Source: the human T2T-CHM13v2.0 reference genome, Homo sapiens. Taken from it: 64,000 nt of DNA. The translations under genes were made by a program, and so were the position numbers. Of this stretch, positions 49,848 to 64,000 are shown piece after piece. The notes beneath the pieces were generated by a model. It ran no database searches and was not told the DNA's origin. It saw only the letters and a program-made list of their open reading frames with translations. Position 1 is the first letter of the stretch. Every line of letters begins with the position of its first letter. The DNA is taken from the NCBI RefSeq assembly GCF_009914755.1, contig NC_060936.1; one strand, 5' to 3'.

Positions 49848-51197
49848 TTACCATAACAAGTACAGATGACTTAAACAGTCTTGGAAACAAATTCACCTGA
49901 TTCTTCAAGGTGTTCTGTAAGGATACATTTAAAATGGTTAGCAGAAGTGGCATTATGAAGACATATTGAGAGCATGGAAGCTGGGGCCAAACTATCTGCA
50001 TTTGAATCCCAGTTCTGACATTTATTAGCTTTGTGACTTGGGCAAGTAATTATCACATCTGTGCTTTTATTTCCTCATCCATAAAATGGGCACTCTGCAG
50101 GGTCATTGTGAGGAATGATATATGCATAGCACTTAGAAGAGTAGATGCATAGTGAACATAAAGCAAGCTAGTTCCTGTTATTCAAAGTAATAACCTGTCA
50201 CCCACAATATTTATAATACCATGGACATTGATCAGTGTGTTTTACAAAGGGACTTAAGAGTATTGCTTAATCCAGTGGTTGCAGTCGTTGGTTAAGAAAG
50301 CTTCTACTGTAGCTCTTGTTTTCTTGGCCTGTAAAGACACCATTTTTTTTTTTTAAAACATAGAAAAAAAGAAAGAACATACTGTTGTTACATTACCACC
50401 TGCTCCCTCATTTCCAGTTACGAATGTTCTTAGGGAATAAGTGTAAAGTTCTGGAATTGTATGACATGGGCTTCTTTTCTTTGAATTTGAAATCGTCAAT
50501 TGTCCCTATCTTAAAAGCACTTATTTTTAAAATGCCACAGATACAGATAATTTTACATTAATAAATTCTTATAGTACATATGATGTGATCACATTTATTT
50601 TTAAATATAATCTCTTAATTTTTTTTTTTTTTTTGCTTGTTCCCTCTTCTTTTCCTTCCTTCCAGACCCATGTTAACCACCTAGCAGGTAGCCTTCCATA
50701 TTTTTTCTATGCTCATATATGTATACATCTGTCTGTTTATGTAAGGGAATGTTTGATCATTGTTTGTTTTACAAAAATGGAATCATAGGCACACTTTCCT
50801 CCACCTTTTCTCATTCAGTGCTAACTCTTGGAAGTTCCTCCAAGTCAATTAGAATAGTTCTATTATTATCTTGAATGGCTTCATAATATTCCGTGGTGTG
50901 AGTGTACCACACTTTATTCCACCATTCTTTAGCTGATGGCCATTTGCTTTGTCTGCAATAATTTTTGCCACTATAAACCATTCTGCAATAAACCTCCTTA
51001 GGTAAATAGGTAGGGATATGTAGGTATTTTTCTCTCATTCTCATGTACTGGTAGTTATATTCTGAAATACGTTTTTAGGAGTGAGATTGATTAACCAAAG
51101 AATATATTAATAATTTCCAGTTCTTATACTATTAGTGATTTCGAGCATCTTTTGATCGTAGGCTTTATGATATCTTTTGCTCTTCCCAGAAGTTTTA

Positions 51198-51500
<303 letters not shown>

Positions 51501-51537
51501 CTACACCCTGGGTGACAGAGCGAGACTTTGTCTCACC

Positions 51538-51568
<31 letters not shown>

Positions 51569-52674
51569 TTCTGAGTTCCCAGTAGTCTCTCAGATTTTCT
51601 TGAACACGTATTTTGTGTGTTATTACATCTTTAATCTGGAATTTTTTGTGTAAGGTTGGGAGCACTAATTATTTTATTTTTCTTTCCAGTGCAGAGTCAG
51701 TTTATTGTCTATTAAATAATCCCTCCTACTGAATTGAATGACCACCTTTGTCACATGCTGTATTCCCATGTATATAATGGAATCAGTTTCTGGATTATTT
51801 ACTCTGCTCCACTGATCTGTTTCTTCTTAGGCTAATACTATTTTGATTTGATATCCCAAACAGTTCTTTTTAATACTTTTCTTAGCTACTCTCAGTCATA
51901 TAGCCTTACACACACACACACACACAAATGTCCTTGTTAGAATTCTCATCAGAATTGCATTTATATTTATGTATTAGTTTCTGAAAATTGACAGTTTATC
52001 ACCTTGTCTTATCCAATGTCATGGGATGTTTTTGATATTTTTTCACTTATTCAATTTTATTTTTTCCAGGTAGGTTCTAGCCCTTTTTAATTAAATTTGT
52101 TAGTGTTTTATGGTTTTTGTTAGTGATGTGAATTAAATATTTCAATCCCGTTTCTGTTTCTTTATACTTGCTGCTAGAGTGGAGGAAAGCCATTGATTTC
52201 TTATACTTGTTAACAGATTGTTAATACTTTTAACAATGTGAATGTTATGGAACACTTGAAGTGGTATTTAATACATGAAAAAAATGAGATTTTGTAAACT
52301 TCAAAAACTTCCTTTTCCTTACTCTAAGCTTCTATTGAAATTAAATAAGTAGAATAACTTCTGTTTTTGAAATAATAGAGGAAGATATTAATTACATGTT
52401 ATAATACTTCTCAAAGTAATTTTCTTAAATATTGCATTATTGTATGTTATCCTGGAGAAATACAGAATAAGTATAAGATAGTGTGGTGTGTTTGCTTTTT
52501 AATAAATCTCAATACTTTTTACATTCATATAACCAGTTTTGACTATTTGCAAATAGATCAGATTCAGTATTCTTACAGATTTGGTATAGTTTGTATCTTT
52601 CCTTCATTGTTTTATTAATAAACTTTTATTAGAAATTGAATGAATTATCACAACTCACCTTTGAAACTACTCTA

Positions 52675-52995
<321 letters not shown>

Positions 52996-54485
52996 TTATC
53001 TCAATGAAATACAACAAGTATGCATATTGTCATATACAAATAACATTCCATTTTCTCCTTGGAAGACAGATATAAGGCAAATGTGAAAAATGTTAAATTG
53101 GTGAGTCTGTATATATATAGTTTTTTTTCTTTTTTTTTTTGTTTTGAGACAAGGTCTCACTCTGTCAGCCAGGCTGGAATACAGCGGTGTGATCATAGCC
53201 CACTGTAGCCTGGAACTTCTGAAGGGCTTAAGCAATCCTCCTGCATTGGCCTCCCAAAGTGTTGGGATTACAGGCGTGTGCCACCACACCCGGCATAGTA
53301 GTTTTTTTTTTTTTTTTTCTGAGCCATTTGAGATCAGACTGCATTTTCGGCTGGAATACTAGATAATGTATATACAGTATCCTTTTCAGGGTGTTATATC
53401 TAGAGGCATACATTGTCAATTTGCTCCTTATTGGTGATATTTAATTTTTATCGTTCGTTTAAAGTATTAGCCAGTTTCTCAAGTGTATTGTTACTAGTTT
53501 TTTCCTCTTGTAATTATTAAGTTGTGGGTAGTTGTTTTGAGTGTATCCAGATGACTGTTGTGAACACTCTTCTCACACATAGCTTGAAGCCTGTATTTTT
53601 TTTTTTTTTTTTTTGAGATGGGGTGTTGCTGTATTGTCCAGGCTGGTTTACAATTTCTGGGCTCAAATTATCCTCCCATCTTATCCTCCCAAGTAGCTTT
53701 GAAACTAATTTTTAGTAGTTATAGTAATGTTTGTTTACTTTCTAAAACCAGGATCCACTTGAGGTTCTCATTGCATATGGTTAGAGGCCTCACCTTTTTC
53801 TCTTTCTCTTCAGTGCCCCATCTCTTTGAAGAAACCAGGCAGTTGTAGAGGTCTCATGTTCTGGGATTTCTCCGATTGTTTCCTTGTTGGGGGTTAAACT
53901 TTTTTCTCTATTTCTGTGTTTTCCGTAAACTGGAATTAGGTGTTAATGGGCTTAGATTAGATTTAGGTTAAACATTTTTGACAGAGGTATAAAATAAGTG
54001 ATTATGACCTTCACATTGTACCATATTCTGCTACATTAGATGTAATCTCAGGCTATCCTACTGTTAGTTTTATTGTGTTTGACCTCTTGATTAATGTGAC
54101 AGCCAACTCTTTTTTTTTTTTTTTCTTTTAAAGGTACTTTTTGCTTTTTGCAGTTTCCAAGTAATCTGTGGGGCTACTTTGGTATCATTTGGAATATCTA
54201 TCTTCCTTCCTTTTCTTCCTATTTAGTTTATACAAACTTGAGAAGAAAGGAATATCCTTTTCTTAACAACTTTTCACTTAATTCTTTTAATATCCATTGA
54301 TGATCCTTGCTTTTATGGGTTATTTCATTGGGAACTGCAAAATGGTGGATTTTTGATTCTTTCATTCCTTCTACATTTATTAGGTGATACTATTCTGTAA
54401 GAAGAATTTTCTCTGTCAACTGGGAATCAACTATAGTTCCTTCTTATAGGCAGAGTTAAAATATGCTTTATTTCTTACCCTTTAA

Positions 54486-54716
<231 letters not shown>

Positions 54717-55138
54717 TAGTAGAAACAGGGTCTTTCTATGTTGCCCAGGCTGGTCTCGAACTCCTGAACTCATGCAGTCTGTCCCCCTTGCCCTCCCAAA
54801 GTGCTAGGATTACAGGTGTGAGCGACCATGCCTGGTCATTACTATTTTTTGAGATAGGGTCTCATTCTGTCACCCAGGCTGGAGTGCAGTGGTGAGATCT
54901 AGCTAAGTTCAGCCTTGACCTCTGGGGCTCAAGTGATCCTCCTACCCCTTCTCCCAAGTAGCTGGGACTACAGGCATGTACCACCTTGCCTGGCTAAAGT
55001 TGTTTTTTCTTTTTGTAGAGATGGAGTCTTGTTATGTTGCCCAGGCTGACCTTGAACTTCTGGGCTCAAACAGTCCTCCTGCCTCAGCCTACCAAATGGC
55101 TGGGATTATAGGCATGAGCCACTGCACCTGGCCTATCG

Positions 55139-55151
55139 TGTGTATGTATAT

Positions 55152-55191
<40 letters not shown>

Positions 55192-55208
55192 ATATGTGTG
55201 TGTATATA
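55139..55208. repeat. (TG)n microsatellite; other STRs are (CA)n at about 51908-51926 and (AAAG)n at about 39541-39568
   Basis: Read directly from the sequence. Confidence 0.9.
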
Positions 55209-57085
55209 TTTTGGTGGAGACAGGGTCCCACTGTGTCACCCTGGATTGTCTTGAACTGTTGTCCTCAAGCAGTCCTCCCACTTTGGCCTCCCAAACTGTT
55301 GGGATTATAGGAGTAAGCCACTGTACCTGGCTTTAATTGCTATACTTTTGTTTAATTGACTGAACTAAATAAGATAAAATATAGGAAAATAATACTCTTA
55401 GTAAAGGTGTGTTGAGGCAGATTTTAAAAAAATTTTTAGTCCACTTATAAGGAGTTTTGGGGGAGTCTGGAATTATAGACCCTGACGCTGGGTTTTTCTT
55501 ATTGTTAATAACTTTCTATCTGAACTCGAGACTTTGAGCAAAAGAATTTCTTTAATTCTGTTTCTTTTTTCTTTATTATTTATTTTTATTTTTTATTTTT
55601 TATTTTATGTTTTTAGAGACAGGGTCTTGGTCTGTTGCCCAGGCTGGGGTATAGTGGTGCAATCATAGCTCACTGTGTCCTTGAACTTCTGGGCTCAAGT
55701 GATCCTCTTGCCTCAGACTCCTGAGTAGCTGGGATTACAGGGATAAGCCCAACGCCCAGCTAATTTTTTTTGGTAGAGACAGAGTCAGAGACAGAGTCAG
55801 GTTGGTCTTGAACTACTAGCCTCAAGTGATCCTCCCACCTTGGCCAGGGTCTGTAGTTTAGGGCAGAGTTGAGTGAACTTTTTCTTCAAAGGGCATATAG
55901 TGAATATTTTAGGCCTTGAGTGTTACTTAGCTTTGCCATTGTAGCATGAAAATAGCTATAGACAGTACATAAATGAGTGGGCACATGTTGCAATAAAATT
56001 TTATTTATAAAACAGGGGAGGCAAATAGCAATTCCTTGAAGGTATCACTTTTACACTTGTGTAATTTATACTCAGTGGTCACTAAGTTGCAAACTGTATA
56101 TTCAGTATTTAAGAATGTGTGAAAATTGTTTAGATTTTTTTTTTTAAATATCATTTTAAGGCAGTTAATGTTTTTCCTACTACAGGAGTCATGGATCTTA
56201 TTCCCAGATACTGAATAAAAAATTCTGTCAGTTGGGGTGGCTCACGCCTGTAATCCCAGCCACTCAGGAGGCTGAGGCAGGGGGATCACTTCGGGGCAGG
56301 AGTTCAAGATCAGCCTGGACAACATAGCAAGACCCCATTTCTTTAAAGAAAAAGTTTTTAAAAATTAGCTGGGTGTGCTGGTATGCACCTGTATACTCCC
56401 AGCTGCTTGGGAAGCTGAGGCAGGAAGAACCTAGGAGTTTGAGGATGTAGTGAGCTATGATCACATCACTGCATCTGCCTGGGTAACAGAGTAAGACCCT
56501 GTCTCTTAAAAAAGAAATTCGTTAGCACTGGCAGTTTTAAAATGTGAGCCATGTCTTTCAAGGAAGAATACCTCTTATATTTATGTATACAATTAGGAAA
56601 ACCCAGCACACGCATGTAATATGTGTTTTGAGGAAGTATATGCAGATTTCCAAGTCAGTTTCTTGGGTTAGTAGTTACTCTGTTGGCAAAATTAAATGCA
56701 AATTGTTGTTGTGCTCCTTTGAAGTGTCTAAAGTATATATGACCTCAAGTGGAAGGATGACTTTTTCCTACTTACTCTGATTCTAGGACTCTTCAGACTT
56801 TTCTGATTGTTTTATTATCTTTTTGTGTTGTCAGGGTATTAGTTCCTCTGACTATGAATGAAATCTCACATGAGGGTTTTTTTCCCTCCCTTAGAGTCTT
56901 AAAAAGTTTTTAATTTCATTTGAGTTGGTTGCAAGTGTTTGGCTTTTTGTATTTCAGAAACTTTATTGACATAAACTGAATATGTACTGTATTTTTATTT
57001 GAACTGTCTTGTTACTTAGTATAGTTGTCAGCTTTTATGCTTGTTCTGCTGTTTTATCACTAATAGTATTCTATGCCCACTCTAA

Positions 57086-57250
<165 letters not shown>

Positions 57251-57824
57251 TAAAAGGAATACTTCTTCGTAAGAACATGATAAAAAATGTTTTATTAAGT
57301 ACTAACTCTCCAATTATAATGTTTGGCTTTCATTACCACTTTGCTAAATCTTTAAGTAAAGGTTGTAGAAATGCCTTCTAGATTATTTTAGTGTCACTAT
57401 GAGAAAACCATGAAGAGGAGTACACATTGGCACCTCAGCCACCCTTTTGTGTGCACATGTAGTCATTACTGATTGTTATTTTCTATCTGGAAATCTGTTA
57501 TTTTGCTATCTAACAAGTCATACTAAGAAATAAGAAAGTATTGGAGCAATTGCCCAAATACAGAACATGATGATAATACAGTAACAAAACCAATTCAAGT
57601 AATTATTCTCTAGTTTTTCCTTTTGATAAATGGTTAGTATAACATGTAATTCTCTGATTCCTACAATTTAAAAAATATACAACATGAACAAATAAGATCA
57701 GCATTTAAATTGGTCTAAGTTAGACTCTTATTTTCTAGTAAATTTAGTTAAAAGTGGATTGTGTTTCTCTGACTTTCTAGCAGAATCAAATTCCTTGTCT
57801 TCTAAAGATATGCTATTTTCATAG

Positions 57825-58208
<384 letters not shown>

Positions 58209-59004
58209 TGAAAAACTAGTTTTTGTCTCTGTTAAATGGAGTGATAAATACTGAACTCCCAAATTTTGTTCTTGCTTCCTCATTTCATTAGGAAAGGTGT
58301 GTTGAGGCAGATTTTTAAAAAAATTTTAGTGCACTTATAGGAGAGAGAGGCAGTTGTGACATTTACTTGAAAGCATACTACTAAGTAGAATAAAATGAAA
58401 ACTGTTGGGTAGTTGAGGTTTATTACCCTTTGTATCAAGGCATGAAAGACATTATCCTACCTTTCTTTAGGTCATTGTTTCATATCTCTTTTATTCAAAT
58501 AATAACATTTATTTAAAATACTTAAGTTTATCAGCCTTAATATACATGTTTGCTTTTCTGAATTCTCTCCAAAACCTGGTTAGGTAAGCACCTTGTTATC
58601 TTACTTACAAGTGAGAAAGCAAGCTTAGAATAAATACTTGCCTAAGGTTTCACTACCTTGGAAAAGTAAAAGTATATTCAGAGCCCTGTATACTTTCTCT
58701 GCCCTGCGTTACTATTTCTCATTTCCCTAGTCTTTTCTTGTATTCATTTTGTTTCTGTTTATATGTTTGTATAACTGCCAGGGTGAGCACTGAACTGGTG
58801 CTGTCTTGGGGTAATATATACTAACCTTGTAATTCTTTCTATTCTGAATCCTTTATATACTTCTACATTTTGTCTCTTTGATTATGAATGATCTTTGGGT
58901 ATTTGGAGTGCAGCCTTCATTTGAGCCTTCATTCTATTTTTCTGTTAAACTAGCAAGATTAATAGATTAAATGCTGTAAAGTAGATAAATTGACTAGCTG
59001 ATAA

Positions 59005-59142
<138 letters not shown>

Positions 59143-59399
59143 TAAGCACCATTTCATTCCCAATATTTTGAGCACTTTAAGGTCTTTTAAACACTTAACA
59201 GCATTTAAGCACTTTTAAGGCCTGTTTAAGGGCTTTGGGTAATTAAGAGGAATAAAATTGATCCATTTCCCTTATGGTTTTAAGCGGGTAAGTGTATGAT
59301 TGTGTACCAAAGGTTGTTTTTTTGTTTGTTTGTTTGTTTCCCTTGAACTTTGCTAAAATTTATTAAAACAGAGTTTGGATCTATTTTTGCCTGTCAGTT

Positions 59400-64000
<4,601 letters not shown>

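Overview
This is primate, most likely human, genomic DNA. The + strand carries the CpG-island promoter and coding exons 1-7 of METAP2 (methionine aminopeptidase 2 / eIF2-associated p67). These splice in frame to 289 codons, and the gene continues past the window. Upstream is a nested retroelement cluster. An HML-5 (LTR22, PBS-Met) betaretroviral provirus sits inside an AluS and itself carries an LTR12 solo LTR and what looks like a gammaretroviral integrase fragment. About 200 bp further on is a near full-length, defective ERV9/LTR12-type provirus with a tRNA-Pro-like PBS and an internal 345-bp duplication. There is also an RPL29 processed pseudogene with a 20-bp TSD, a 5'-truncated U6 retrocopy fused to an Alu monomer, and dense Alu/L1/L2/MIR/MaLR/MER repeats. 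Most short ORFs in the track are Alu or ERV noise. I found no convincing new protein-coding system. The most interesting signals are the cross-class ERV chimera, the repeated U5-PBS modules, the insertion stratigraphy, and at least five short locally templated duplications or fold-backs. Repeat subfamily names come from recalled consensus sequences, not from a database run.
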